Source of the DNA: Minisyncoccota bacterium | GTDB taxonomy: Bacteria; Patescibacteriota; Minisyncoccia; Phycocordibacterales; UBA9973 | Direction: 5' to 3' | NCBI GenBank assembly: GCA_041675085.1 | Contig: JBAYUN010000005.1 | Location: forward strand, 1-56,060 | DNA length: 56,060 bases | Shown: piece by piece, positions 1 to 9,567 of the stretch | Layout: every line of letters starts with the position of its first letter | Position numbering within the stretch: the first letter of the stretch is position 1 | Program-made: the position numbers and the translations under genes | The notes under the pieces: generated by a model | The model's input: the letters and a program-made list of their open reading frames with translations, nothing else | What the model was told of the DNA's origin: nothing | Database searches by the model: none

Positions 1-552
<552 letters not shown>

Positions 553-855
553 AAAAGTTAAGAACGAAACAAAATAAAAAACAGCATTTTACAAAATCAT
601 TTTTTATGTGTTCGTTAGAATTTGATCTTTGCTCTAAAAATTATTTAAAAACAAATATCAGAGACTTGCTTCCCGACTGAAAAATCGGGGTTCTCTTTTT
701 TATCAAGCCACAGCGGAACGCTATGACTTGATACACCTATTCACTTGTCAAAGTAAAACGCTCTATCCATAAAGAATAAAGACGTAAAGAGAGTATATAT
801 CATAGATAAATCAAAGTCAACCCCATTTAATATAATCAAAATATATAACTATAAA

Positions 856-890
856 AACAAAAAAACCCTTGCTTAAAAAGGGTTTTTTTG
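856..890 (-). terminator. intrinsic terminator after CDS 914..2065
   Basis: Hairpin AACCCTT/AAGGGTT (864-884) flanked by an A-run and a T-run. Confidence 0.7.
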
Positions 891-913
891 TTTAAGCTTA
901 GAATAAATTAAAA

Positions 914-2065
914 TTAATTATTTTGACAGTAAGTTTGGAACAATGAATTTAATTTAATTCTAGTATTTGCATCTACTTTTCCTGTTTGAGCTAACTTATA
1001 TCTCTTTTGAAAATTCGCTAGTGCTGTACGAGTCTGCGCGTAGAATTTACCTGTAGCAGCAGAACTAGGCAATAACTTTTCATCCACTAAAACAGATTGC
1101 AGATAAGATACATCTTTACTAGTCTTAGTATCAACATTTCCATAAGCTAAATTCTTAGCAAAAGTAAATGAACAGAAATTCTCTACTTTATAAGAAGAAG
1201 GTAAGACAGAATTTGTACCCGTAGTAGTTGGTTTACTACTTTCAACTACTATCTTATCATTAAGCTTACAATCTAAAATCATTCCGCAATTTGTAGCAGG
1301 ATTATAATTTGGTCCTTTGATATAAGAACAATCTTTTTTAGGGGTTGGATAATAACACCAATTAGCAGTATCTTTTACATGCACCGTCACAGAACTTGTT
1401 GCTGACATTACAGGCAAGTATCCAGTGCAAGTTAAAGTAAAGACAGTAGTTTGAGTTATATTATTAATCACAACACTTCCTCCATTGGCCTGATTTCCAG
1501 ACCAACCACCAGAAGCAATACAAGGATAAGTAGTATTTCTAGTCGTCCATGACAATTTAGTACTACCTCCATAATTAACAACAATAGGATCTGCTGTCAA
1601 TTCAACTGTTGGAATTCTTGTTTCTACATTAACTATAGCTTCAGCTTGTACCCCCTCTCCAGTATAATCAAAACACCAAATATAAAAACGAGTACTAACC
1701 TTTAAATTGCTAATAGTTTGACTACCACTTGTCCCCTTTTCATAAGGTGTCATCCAAGCTTCACCTTCAGGATATCCAACTGGTGTTCCATAGCCACCAG
1801 CAGCACAACGTGCTGCATTAGTGCTAGTCCAAGTCAAAGTCACACTACCGTTGTATGGTATTGATGAAGGAGTTGGGGTGAATGCAACTGTCGCAGATGA
1901 AGTTGCACCTAAAACCTCACCCCTTACATCAGAAGAAAAATTAGCAATCTGATTACTAATATATTCTAGTTGCGCTTTTAGACTTGTGAATGTCGAAGCA
2001 TTAGTTGTTAATGGACCGACGAGCATACCGACTAAAAACAAACTAAAAACAAATTTTTTAAACAT
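914..2065 (-). CDS. secreted surface protein with Ig-like repeats and a C-terminal peptidoglycan-binding domain
   Basis: N-terminal signal peptide (MFKKFVFSLFLVGMLVGPLTTNAS). Repeated beta-rich modules (SVTLTWTSTNAARC, STKLSWTTRNTTYPC). C-terminus LQSVLVDEKLL...GKFYAQTRTALANFQKRYKL resembles the PG_binding_1 fold. Confidence 0.6.
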   Translation of the reverse strand: MFKKFVFSLFLVGMLVGPLTTNASTFTSLKAQLEYISNQIANFSSDVRGEVLGATSSATVAFTPTPSSIPYNGSVTLTWTSTNAARCAAGGYGTPVGYPEGEAWMTPYEKGTSGSQTISNLKVSTRFYIWCFDYTGEGVQAEAIVNVETRIPTVELTADPIVVNYGGSTKLSWTTRNTTYPCIASGGWSGNQANGGSVVINNITQTTVFTLTCTGYLPVMSATSSVTVHVKDTANWCYYPTPKKDCSYIKGPNYNPATNCGMILDCKLNDKIVVESSKPTTTGTNSVLPSSYKVENFCSFTFAKNLAYGNVDTKTSKDVSYLQSVLVDEKLLPSSAATGKFYAQTRTALANFQKRYKLAQTGKVDANTRIKLNSLFQTYCQNN

Positions 2066-2247
2066 ATTTTTTTTAAAATAATTAATAATAAAATTCCTAA
2101 ATACTAACTATATAAATTATAGCTTTTATTAAATTAATAATCAAAAGAGTACTTAATTTAAAACCATATAACAGCACATAATACTTGCATTTCTGCAAAT
2201 TCATGATATTGTTTAAAAAATATTTTGTAACTTTAAAATTTAATAAA

Positions 2248-3651
2248 ATGAGCACTCAAACAAAAACAATTAGTGATTTTTTGAATCGAACACAAGAGGT
2301 TGTAGAGCAAATTCTAGGCAGTGATAATCTAAAAACAATAATAGAAATAAGCCAAAAAGCACACGAAGACCCCTCTTTATTGACTGAAGATTTAAATAAG
2401 ATATGGAGAACCCAAACAGAAAGATTACTCTTTATTGTATTGAGCAGAGAAGAAATAAAACAAATCATAAAAGACTATAATTCTCTTCGTCATGCAAATT
2501 ATTGGTATTTAGGTATGAATAATGATTTTACTAAAACTATAATTCATAGATTTAAAGATCTTTGCTTTAGTAAAACTCAAAAAGACCTAATTGAAATTAA
2601 AAAAGAATTTTATTCTACAAACTACAGTATCAAATCTTCTATATTTATTTCTATTTTAGATTCAATCATTGCTGATAAAATTAAAATTAATAAAAACGAA
2701 GAAACTCTCGATTCTTTGATGGAGTATAGATTGATCATGAACAATGTAATGGATTCTTATGCAATAAAAACAATAGATACTTGCATTGCAGAAAAAGTTG
2801 AAACTTCAACAGACATTCTTAAATTAAAAAAATTTAGCCAAGAACTTCATGATATTCAGGCTAAGCTCAGTAGCTCTCTTGAATCAGGGTATTACAATAA
2901 TGATAAGATTATTAGAATAATGAGAAATAGGATTGATACACTTTCTTCAATTATAATCAAAGACATGAATTATTCTTCAATTGAAGAAGTTTTAGAAAAT
3001 GCATCAAACCTTACAAAGAATCAACTGGTATCTGCAGAATCTATTGCACACGAAATCAAAAGAATTTTAGAAGAAAATCTAAAAAATGAAAGCCTTCAAG
3101 TAGTTTTTAAAACATTTCAAAGTATAAACAAAAAGCCTGCTAATGTATGGCAATATACAGACGAATCTGAAGATTATTTAAAAGAGCTTATGGCTTCGAA
3201 ACAATTTGATAGCACAGAAGGTTATAGTCTTGAGCAAATGATAGTAATTTTTAAGTTTTTGAGTAAAAATAAAATCTATAATAAAGATTTTGAGTCAAAA
3301 TTTAAAAAAGAATATCGTAAGGAAGAAAATACAAATATTCACAGATACACCACTATCTACTTTTTAAGAAAAAAATATCATTGTGAAGACAAAGAACTTA
3401 ATGATGTATATAAAACACTTATAAGCACAGAGACAAGTTTTGATGTTTTAAACAAAATCATACAAATCAGTGGAATCTTTGGGTATTTAGATTATTCTAT
3501 TCAACGACTTTGCGAAAAAAGAGTCTTGGAATTAATTGATCAAAAATCACAACAAGACTTTGAAGAAATTTTTGCAAAATGTATAGAAAAAAAATATTTT
3601 TACGGTAATCAGAATTTCTTTATAGAAAAAGCTAAGAGTTTTGGTTTGTAA
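2248..3651 (+). CDS. hypothetical protein (Lys/Glu/Ile-rich, helical)
   Basis: Long ORF; the track start at 2185 is TTG. First ATG with a plausible N-terminus is 2248 (MSTQTK). No motif recognised. A convergent hairpin terminator follows. Confidence 0.5.
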   Translation: MSTQTKTISDFLNRTQEVVEQILGSDNLKTIIEISQKAHEDPSLLTEDLNKIWRTQTERLLFIVLSREEIKQIIKDYNSLRHANYWYLGMNNDFTKTIIHRFKDLCFSKTQKDLIEIKKEFYSTNYSIKSSIFISILDSIIADKIKINKNEETLDSLMEYRLIMNNVMDSYAIKTIDTCIAEKVETSTDILKLKKFSQELHDIQAKLSSSLESGYYNNDKIIRIMRNRIDTLSSIIIKDMNYSSIEEVLENASNLTKNQLVSAESIAHEIKRILEENLKNESLQVVFKTFQSINKKPANVWQYTDESEDYLKELMASKQFDSTEGYSLEQMIVIFKFLSKNKIYNKDFESKFKKEYRKEENTNIHRYTTIYFLRKKYHCEDKELNDVYKTLISTETSFDVLNKIIQISGIFGYLDYSIQRLCEKRVLELIDQKSQQDFEEIFAKCIEKKYFYGNQNFFIEKAKSFGL

Positions 3652-3661
3652 ACACAACAGC

Positions 3662-3703
3662 AAACGGCCTTCAAATTAATTAAAATTTGAAGGCCGTTTT
3701 TAA
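3662..3703. terminator. bidirectional hairpin terminator between convergent genes
   Basis: AACGGCCTTCAAATT / AATTTGAAGGCCGTT 15-bp stem, T-run on the plus strand. Confidence 0.75.
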
Positions 3704-3712
3704 TTTCCAATT

Positions 3713-4696
3713 TTATTTATCACTAATATTATATCTATCCAAAACAGCTTCGAAGATTAACGGAGCTACTATTGTCGCGTCGGATTCTATGACGAACATT
3801 GGCGTATCTTTGGTAAGTTTATCCCAAGTGATTTTCTCATTTGGAGTCGCACCTGAATATGAACCGTATGAAGTAGTCGAATCAGAAATCTGACAGAAAT
3901 ATCCCCAAGGACGAACTTCTTGTTTCAGATCGTATTTAATACTAGGCACTACACATATCGGAAAGTCTCCTGAGATGCCTCCACCTATTTGAAAGAATCC
4001 TAAACCTGGACCATTCTCTGCGAGCTTTGGATACCAGTCGTAAAGTTGAGTCATGTATTCGATACCGCTTTTTACGATACTAGGATCAAGTTCGCCAGCT
4101 TTACAGTATCCCGCAAAAATATTTCCCAAAGTAGAATCTTCCCAACCTGGGACAACTATCGGTAAATTCATTTTAGCAGCTTCCAGTAACCAACAAGCTT
4201 CTGCGTCTCCGTCATGATGAGCGTCAACACTACCGTCTAATAGTATTTGATAAAAATATTCATGAGGGAAATATCTCTCACCTTTTTCTTGTGCTTCCTT
4301 CCACTTTTTAAATATGATAGGTTCGATAACACGAAAAGCTTCTTCTTCTGGGATAGAAGTATCTGTAACTCTTCTCTCACCTTGTTCTAAGATTCTTGAA
4401 TCGTCTTCTTTGGTAAAATATCTGTAGTCTGGATAATCTTTATAATGACTATGAGCTACTAGGCGGAAAACTGATTCTTCCAAGTTTGCCCCAGTGCAAG
4501 AGATAGCGTGAATCTTGCCGTGCTTGATCATAGGAGCTAGAGTTACTCCCATTTGAGCCGAAGACATAGCGCCACCCATAGCGAGCATCATCTTGCCTCC
4601 CTTATCTAAATGCTCTCGATAAGCGATAGTCGCATCCTTCATAGAGCGAGCATTAAAGTTGTGAAATAATTTTTTAAATAAATCTAATGTGTTCAT
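3713..4696 (-). CDS. deoxyhypusine synthase-like / homospermidine synthase-like protein
   Basis: Family-typical blocks GGAMSSAQMG, SCTGANLEES and GGGISGDFPIC over 327 aa. Confidence 0.7.
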   Translation of the reverse strand: MNTLDLFKKLFHNFNARSMKDATIAYREHLDKGGKMMLAMGGAMSSAQMGVTLAPMIKHGKIHAISCTGANLEESVFRLVAHSHYKDYPDYRYFTKEDDSRILEQGERRVTDTSIPEEEAFRVIEPIIFKKWKEAQEKGERYFPHEYFYQILLDGSVDAHHDGDAEACWLLEAAKMNLPIVVPGWEDSTLGNIFAGYCKAGELDPSIVKSGIEYMTQLYDWYPKLAENGPGLGFFQIGGGISGDFPICVVPSIKYDLKQEVRPWGYFCQISDSTTSYGSYSGATPNEKITWDKLTKDTPMFVIESDATIVAPLIFEAVLDRYNISDK

Positions 4697-4760
4697 ACGG
4701 TTAAATGTTTAATTAATAATCTTGTTCTAATTATATAGCAATTTAAAATAAAAATACAAT

Positions 4761-4789
4761 AAAAAAATCGTGCCTACACTGAGACACGA
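4761..4789 (-). terminator. intrinsic terminator (or attenuator) upstream of the DHS-like gene
   Basis: Minus strand reads TCGTGTCT-CAGTGT-AGGCACGA, an 8-bp stem with one G.U pair, followed by TTTTTTTATTG. Confidence 0.65.
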
Positions 4790-4830
4790 CTTAAATAATT
4801 CTATCTACATGATTTTAAAGTTTACAGACG

Positions 4831-4903
4831 TTGGTCTGTGACTAGTGAGCTGTTACGCACTCTTTAAATGAACGCCTGCTTCCAAGGCGGCATGCTAGAC
4901 CAA
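4831..4903 (-). ncRNA. unclassified GC-rich three-stem structured element (candidate cis-regulatory RNA or small RNA)
   Basis: P1 is TTGGTCT/AGACCAA (4897-4903 with 4831-4837). It encloses hairpins at 4868-4893 (CGCCU/AGGCG plus AUG/CAU) and 4844-4861 (AGUG/CACU). The element is much more GC-rich than other intergenic DNA in the window. Confidence 0.3.
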
Positions 4904-4956
4904 TAAAGCCAAAGAACTATTTAAATCAAAGTACAGGAAAAATAAAATTAAGTCAA

Positions 4957-5658
4957 TTACTTCCCTAAAAAGTATTTTCGTTCTTTTTCGCTAAATTTTT
5001 CTATCGCGTAGCGGAGCATGGTGCGAGGCATTTTACTTTTATTTTTCTCTAGGAATACTTTTAATCTTTTTTCATCTCTTTTCCCTGCTTCTCTCAACAT
5101 CCAACCGAGACTCTTATGAATAAGGTCGTGCTTATGATTTAAAAAATATTCTCCAAAATAAAAAATCAAATCAAAATCATTATTCTTGATAACAGCAAAA
5201 GTCGATATAATAGCAACGCGTTCACTCCAAAGTTTACCCGACTTTGAAAGTTTTATTAAAATATTTCTGTCTTCTTTGTCTTTCAAATACGCACCTAAAA
5301 TATTAGAAGCAGAAACGTCTACCAAGTCCCAGTTATTAACAGATTCTAAATTCTTGAGATAAAATTTTACAAACTGCTCCCGCTCTTTTTCTGTCTTCGC
5401 TTTTTTATATTTTGTATTTAAAATTATTAGAGTTATGAGTCTGATTTCATGGACCTTGTTTTGAATTAAATTTTCTAAATCTTTTAAATCAATATCAATA
5501 TATTTATTCGCAATTTTTCTTGAAGTCGGTACAGTCAATCCATAAAAAATATCCCCGTAACCATACTCACCTTTACCTGTCTTAAAAAACCGAGTCAAAA
5601 AAGCCCCTTTGTCTTTATTCCGCAAACTAGTGACTTCTTTTACGATAAGTTTATCCAT
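4957..5658 (-). CDS. DNA alkylation repair protein (AlkD/AlkC-like HEAT-repeat family)
   Basis: Blocks FFKTGKGEYGYGD, NNWDLVD and SLGWMLREAGK. The track ORF begins at a TTG inside the -10 box; the ATG at 5658 (MDKLIV) lies 6 nt after TGTATAAT. Confidence 0.7.
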   Translation of the reverse strand: MDKLIVKEVTSLRNKDKGAFLTRFFKTGKGEYGYGDIFYGLTVPTSRKIANKYIDIDLKDLENLIQNKVHEIRLITLIILNTKYKKAKTEKEREQFVKFYLKNLESVNNWDLVDVSASNILGAYLKDKEDRNILIKLSKSGKLWSERVAIISTFAVIKNNDFDLIFYFGEYFLNHKHDLIHKSLGWMLREAGKRDEKRLKVFLEKNKSKMPRTMLRYAIEKFSEKERKYFLGK

Positions 5659-5673
5659 TAAATGATTATACAA

Positions 5674-5706
5674 TAAAAAAGAGCTTCCATAAAAGAAAGC
5701 TCTTTG
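5674..5706 (-). terminator. intrinsic terminator after the M20 peptidase gene
   Basis: AGAGCTT/AAGCTCT stem; the minus strand ends in TTTTTTATTG. Confidence 0.65.
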
Positions 5707-5730
5707 TAATACTTATTCAGAAATCAAATT

Positions 5731-7062
5731 TTACTTTTGAAAAAATGACCTACTAAATTTTAAACCTTTTTTGATTAAATCTAATTCAAAATTTTCGTTG
5801 GCGCCATGCATATTACAGTCCTCGTTACCTAACGAAACAAGTAAAGTGTCTTTTCCTAAAGTATCTTTGAAATCCAATACAATAGGTATTCCGCCACCAA
5901 CATATTTAATAATTGGGTATTTACCATAAGAATCTGACAAAAGATTCAAGGTATTTTTTGCAATCACAGAATCACTATTTACAACAACTGGTCCATAAGG
6001 TTTGGTGGCCTCTACAATATACTCAAAATAACTTGGTATTAAGGATCTTAATCTAACCAAAAAATTATTATAAATTCTTTGGATATTTTGACCTGCTACA
6101 AACCTAAAATTAATTCTAACTTCAGCTTTACCAGGAATAATATTTTGAAAACCTTCTCCTGTATATCCTGATCCAAAGCCAGTAAATTCAATCGTCGGTC
6201 TTAGTCCAACCTGTGAATAAAATGTTTGACCAAGTTCAGAAGATAAATTTTTAACACCAAGCATTCTAATAACCTCAGAGTCAGAAGGCATTCTTTCTAA
6301 ATTTTCTAATTGCTCTGCAGTCATATCACTAACTCCATCATAAAAATCGGTTATTAATACTTCTCCGGTCTCTGTATTTTTGAGTTTAGAAACAAAGTCA
6401 GCTAAAAATAAAATAGGATTAGGAACTGCCCCTCCACAAAGACCAGAATGGAAATCATTTTTAGCAATCTGTATTGAGAGTTTAACATTCATACCTCCTC
6501 TCAAAGAAACTTCAAGTGTAGGTATATCAGCCACTATTTCTCCATCAGAAACAAGATAATAATCAGCTTTCAGTAACTCAGCGTTTTGTCTCACTAAATC
6601 AGACATATCTTGGTTACCAGTCTCTTCATTCCCTTCAAGCATAAATTTAATATTATACTTAAGTTCTCCTTTTTCAATAAGATCAAAAATAGTAACTAAG
6701 TGAATAAGGTTCTGACCCTTATTATCCACAACCCCTCTACCATACAATCGGTCGTCTCTTTCAGTTAAAGTAAATGGGTCAGAAATCCAACCATCATTAT
6801 CCGCAGGTTGAACATCATAATGCCCATAAACTAGTACAGTCTCAAGGTCATCTGGCTGATAATATTCAGCCAACAAAACTGGATTTGTATTTGGCCCTTG
6901 AATAAATTGAACACTAAACTTATTTTTAATAAATAAAGTTTTCAGCCAATTAACTGTTTTTTGGATTTCACCCTTGTAAGCTGGGTCTGTAGAAATGCTT
7001 TTAAAAGCAATGTAATCAGAAAGCAGAGCTTCATATTGCTCAAAAATAGAATCATGTTTCAT
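5731..7062 (-). CDS. M20-family metallopeptidase (dipeptidase, ArgE/DapE/CPG2-like)
   Basis: VYGHYDVQPA, RGVVDNKGQ and EGNEETG metal-binding blocks. Confidence 0.8.
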   Translation of the reverse strand: MKHDSIFEQYEALLSDYIAFKSISTDPAYKGEIQKTVNWLKTLFIKNKFSVQFIQGPNTNPVLLAEYYQPDDLETVLVYGHYDVQPADNDGWISDPFTLTERDDRLYGRGVVDNKGQNLIHLVTIFDLIEKGELKYNIKFMLEGNEETGNQDMSDLVRQNAELLKADYYLVSDGEIVADIPTLEVSLRGGMNVKLSIQIAKNDFHSGLCGGAVPNPILFLADFVSKLKNTETGEVLITDFYDGVSDMTAEQLENLERMPSDSEVIRMLGVKNLSSELGQTFYSQVGLRPTIEFTGFGSGYTGEGFQNIIPGKAEVRINFRFVAGQNIQRIYNNFLVRLRSLIPSYFEYIVEATKPYGPVVVNSDSVIAKNTLNLLSDSYGKYPIIKYVGGGIPIVLDFKDTLGKDTLLVSLGNEDCNMHGANENFELDLIKKGLKFSRSFFQK

Positions 7063-7160
7063 TATTTAATGATTTAGATTGTGAAAAAAAATTGTGAAAA
7101 ACTAATATCTTTTTTTAGACTACAATATATACTATATAAAGTCAAATAAATTAACAAAAT

Positions 7161-7190
7161 AAAAAACCCTCTAAATTTAGAGGGTTTTTT
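7161..7190 (-). terminator. intrinsic terminator
   Basis: AAAAAACCCTCTAAATTTAGAGGGTTTTTT. Confidence 0.75.
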
Positions 7191-7203
7191 ATTTGAGGCA
7201 ATA

Positions 7204-7323
7204 TTACATTGCTTCTTCTTCTGTAGCTTCAGAAGGCATTTCTCCTTCAGGAGTTACTTCTTCTTCGCCCATAGGCATTTCTACAGGAGTTTCTTCTCCT
7301 TCTACTTTTGTTTCTTCTTCCAT
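7204..7323 (-). CDS. small highly acidic protein (39 aa from the first ATG)
   Basis: MEEETKVEGEETPVEMPMGEEEVTPEGEMPSEATEEEAM, followed directly by a strong terminator. The track start at 7413 is TTG. Confidence 0.3.
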   Translation of the reverse strand: MEEETKVEGEETPVEMPMGEEEVTPEGEMPSEATEEEAM

Positions 7324-7523
7324 AATATTTATATAAGTTAATTTAGATACTAAAAATTCGACTAAGCTCAGTCTAGCACTATTAACAAGATTATACAAAC
7401 TTCTCTTTGTCAAAAATTTTTATAGAGCTCTAGCAAATAAACAGATTCACCAAATAAGCCTTTAAAATAAAGAAAAGTGCAAAATAAATTGCAATTATTG
7501 CCAAAATATGCGAGAATATTCCC

Positions 7524-7763
7524 ATGAGTTTAGTAATCAAAATTTTACCTTATATCGAAATAATTCTTGGAGTAGTCCTGATACTTGCAATCCTACTTCA
7601 ACAAACTGGATCCAATGTTGGCGGTGCTCTAGGAGGAGACGGAACAAGCTTTCACACTACAAGACGTGGTTTTGAAAAGTTCCTTTTTATATTGTCTATT
7701 GTTTGTGCAATATTGTTTGCATTGTCTGCTCTTCTAGCTATCGTACTAAAAGCTCAAGTTTAA
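7524..7763 (+). CDS. secG: preprotein translocase subunit SecG
   Basis: Two TM helices and LLQQTGSNVGGALGG, typical of SecG. Confidence 0.75.
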   Translation: MSLVIKILPYIEIILGVVLILAILLQQTGSNVGGALGGDGTSFHTTRRGFEKFLFILSIVCAILFALSALLAIVLKAQV

Positions 7764-7796
7764 TCCGACTCTTTTTAAAGTTTACAATTTTTAAAT

Positions 7797-9542
7797 ATGA
7801 AAAAATTCTATAGTAATATACGTGATTTAGAGTTGTTAAAAAAAGTAAAACAAGCTATTTTTGCTTTCACAAAAACTGAATGGAATATCTTTTTATTCTT
7901 ATTGGTTTTACTTTTGGGTAGTACCGTAGCAATTCTACAAAACATAAATACTTCATTTATGGTATCTGTACCTGCTCGTGGTGGTAGTATCAATGAAGGT
8001 ATAATAGGTTCGGCTCGTTTTATAAATCCAGTCTTGGCTTCGACTGACGCCGACAAAGATATGGTCTCTCTGGTTTATAGCGGACTAATGAGGAAAGATA
8101 GTAATGGAGAAATGGTACCAGACTTAGCAGAATATGTAGATATCGATCCCAATGGTCTGACTTATACTTTCAAATTAAAAGATAAAATATATTTCCATGA
8201 CGGAGAGATAATAGACACAGACGATATAGTATTTACTATCAATGAGATCAAAGACCCAATCATCAAAAGTCCAAAGAAAGCCAATTGGGACGGAGTGACT
8301 GTAAATAAAATAGACGACAGAACTATCGAATTCAAATTAGCTCAACCATATGCTTCATTTCTAGAGAATGCATCTGTGGGAATATTGCCTATGCATTTAT
8401 GGGATGAATCCCCTGTTGAATTAAACACCAGAAACGAAAACCCTGTAGGATCTGGTCCATACAAAATCAAAAAAATCAACAAAGCTTCTTCTGGTGTAGT
8501 AAATAGCTATGAACTAACTTCATTTTCTAAATTTATTTTAGGTGAACCATATATCAAAAACATAACTCTAAAATTCTACAACAACGAAACTGAATTAATC
8601 TCTGCTCTAAATAAAGGTCAAGTAGACCAGATAAGTTCTATCTCTCCAGAAAATGCATTACCTTTAAAAGAAGAAGGTTATAGAATAGAGACTAGAGTAT
8701 TACCTAGAATCTTTGGTATGTTCTTCAACCAAAACCAGAACCAAATTTTTACAGATAAAAATGTGCTAAAAGCTATGGATTTAGCTATTAATAAAGACCG
8801 CATTGTAAACGAAGTATTATTGGGCTACGGTATAGCAATAGAGGACCCAGTCTTGCCTAGTATGCTTGCATATGATAAATTAGAAAATAAGAAAGAAATT
8901 TCTCATGAGGAAAATATCCAAAAAGCTACAGAGTTATTGGGAAAAAACAATTGGACTAAAAACAGTGAAGGATTTTTAGAAAAGAAAATAACAACCAATA
9001 ATAAGACTACCCTGACTCCTTTGGAATTTTCTATATCAACCAGTAATGCACCTGAATTAGCAAAAACAGCTGAGTTAATAAAACAAGATTTAGAACTCAT
9101 CGGGATGAAAGTTGAAATCAAAACTTTCGATGTTGGTAATCTAAATCAAATAGTTATCAGGCCTAGAAAATACGACGCTCTTTTATTTGGACAAATCATA
9201 AACAATGAAGGAGATTTATTTGCCTTTTGGCACTCATCACAAAGAACAGACCCAGGACTAAATATAGCAATGTATACAAATCCAAAAGTCGACAAGATTT
9301 TAGAGGATGCGTCAAAAACAATTGATGAGAATGAGAGAGTGAAGAAATACGCACAGTTCGGAGAAGAAATCAAAAAAGACTTACCTGCTGTATTTATATA
9401 TAGTCCAAATTTTATATATATTGTCTCAAAAGATTTAGATGGTTTTAATCTTAATAACATTATAAACTTAGAAGAAAGATTTAAGAATGTCTATACTTGG
9501 TCTGTAAAAAAAGAAAAAGTTTGGGAAATATTTGCTAAATAA
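7797..9542 (+). CDS. ABC transporter substrate-binding protein, family 5 (peptide/nickel type), membrane-anchored
   Basis: N-terminal TM anchor, about 580 aa. Family-5 SBP-like blocks LVYSGLMR, GPYKIKK and LLFGQI. Confidence 0.7.
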   Translation: MKKFYSNIRDLELLKKVKQAIFAFTKTEWNIFLFLLVLLLGSTVAILQNINTSFMVSVPARGGSINEGIIGSARFINPVLASTDADKDMVSLVYSGLMRKDSNGEMVPDLAEYVDIDPNGLTYTFKLKDKIYFHDGEIIDTDDIVFTINEIKDPIIKSPKKANWDGVTVNKIDDRTIEFKLAQPYASFLENASVGILPMHLWDESPVELNTRNENPVGSGPYKIKKINKASSGVVNSYELTSFSKFILGEPYIKNITLKFYNNETELISALNKGQVDQISSISPENALPLKEEGYRIETRVLPRIFGMFFNQNQNQIFTDKNVLKAMDLAINKDRIVNEVLLGYGIAIEDPVLPSMLAYDKLENKKEISHEENIQKATELLGKNNWTKNSEGFLEKKITTNNKTTLTPLEFSISTSNAPELAKTAELIKQDLELIGMKVEIKTFDVGNLNQIVIRPRKYDALLFGQIINNEGDLFAFWHSSQRTDPGLNIAMYTNPKVDKILEDASKTIDENERVKKYAQFGEEIKKDLPAVFIYSPNFIYIVSKDLDGFNLNNIINLEERFKNVYTWSVKKEKVWEIFAK

Positions 9543-9567
9543 AAAATTATAAATTATAAAACATAAC

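Noticed and set aside
553-855. A clear sigma-70 promoter for the 16S gene.
   Set aside because: A TTGACA occurs at 751-746 (minus strand), but no convincing -10 sits at 16-18 nt spacing. Hairpins in the leader may be processing stems. No promoter was called.
3687-3893. 68-aa plus-strand ORF.
   Set aside because: It starts inside the terminator hairpin and runs antisense to the conserved C-terminus of the DHS-like gene. It is spurious.
4831-4903. Possible SRP (4.5S) RNA, suggested by the GGAAGCAGG string.
   Set aside because: The motif does not sit in the expected context. There is no GNRA tetraloop closed by the GGA/UCC stem, and the arms are very unequal in length. It is kept only as an unclassified structured element.
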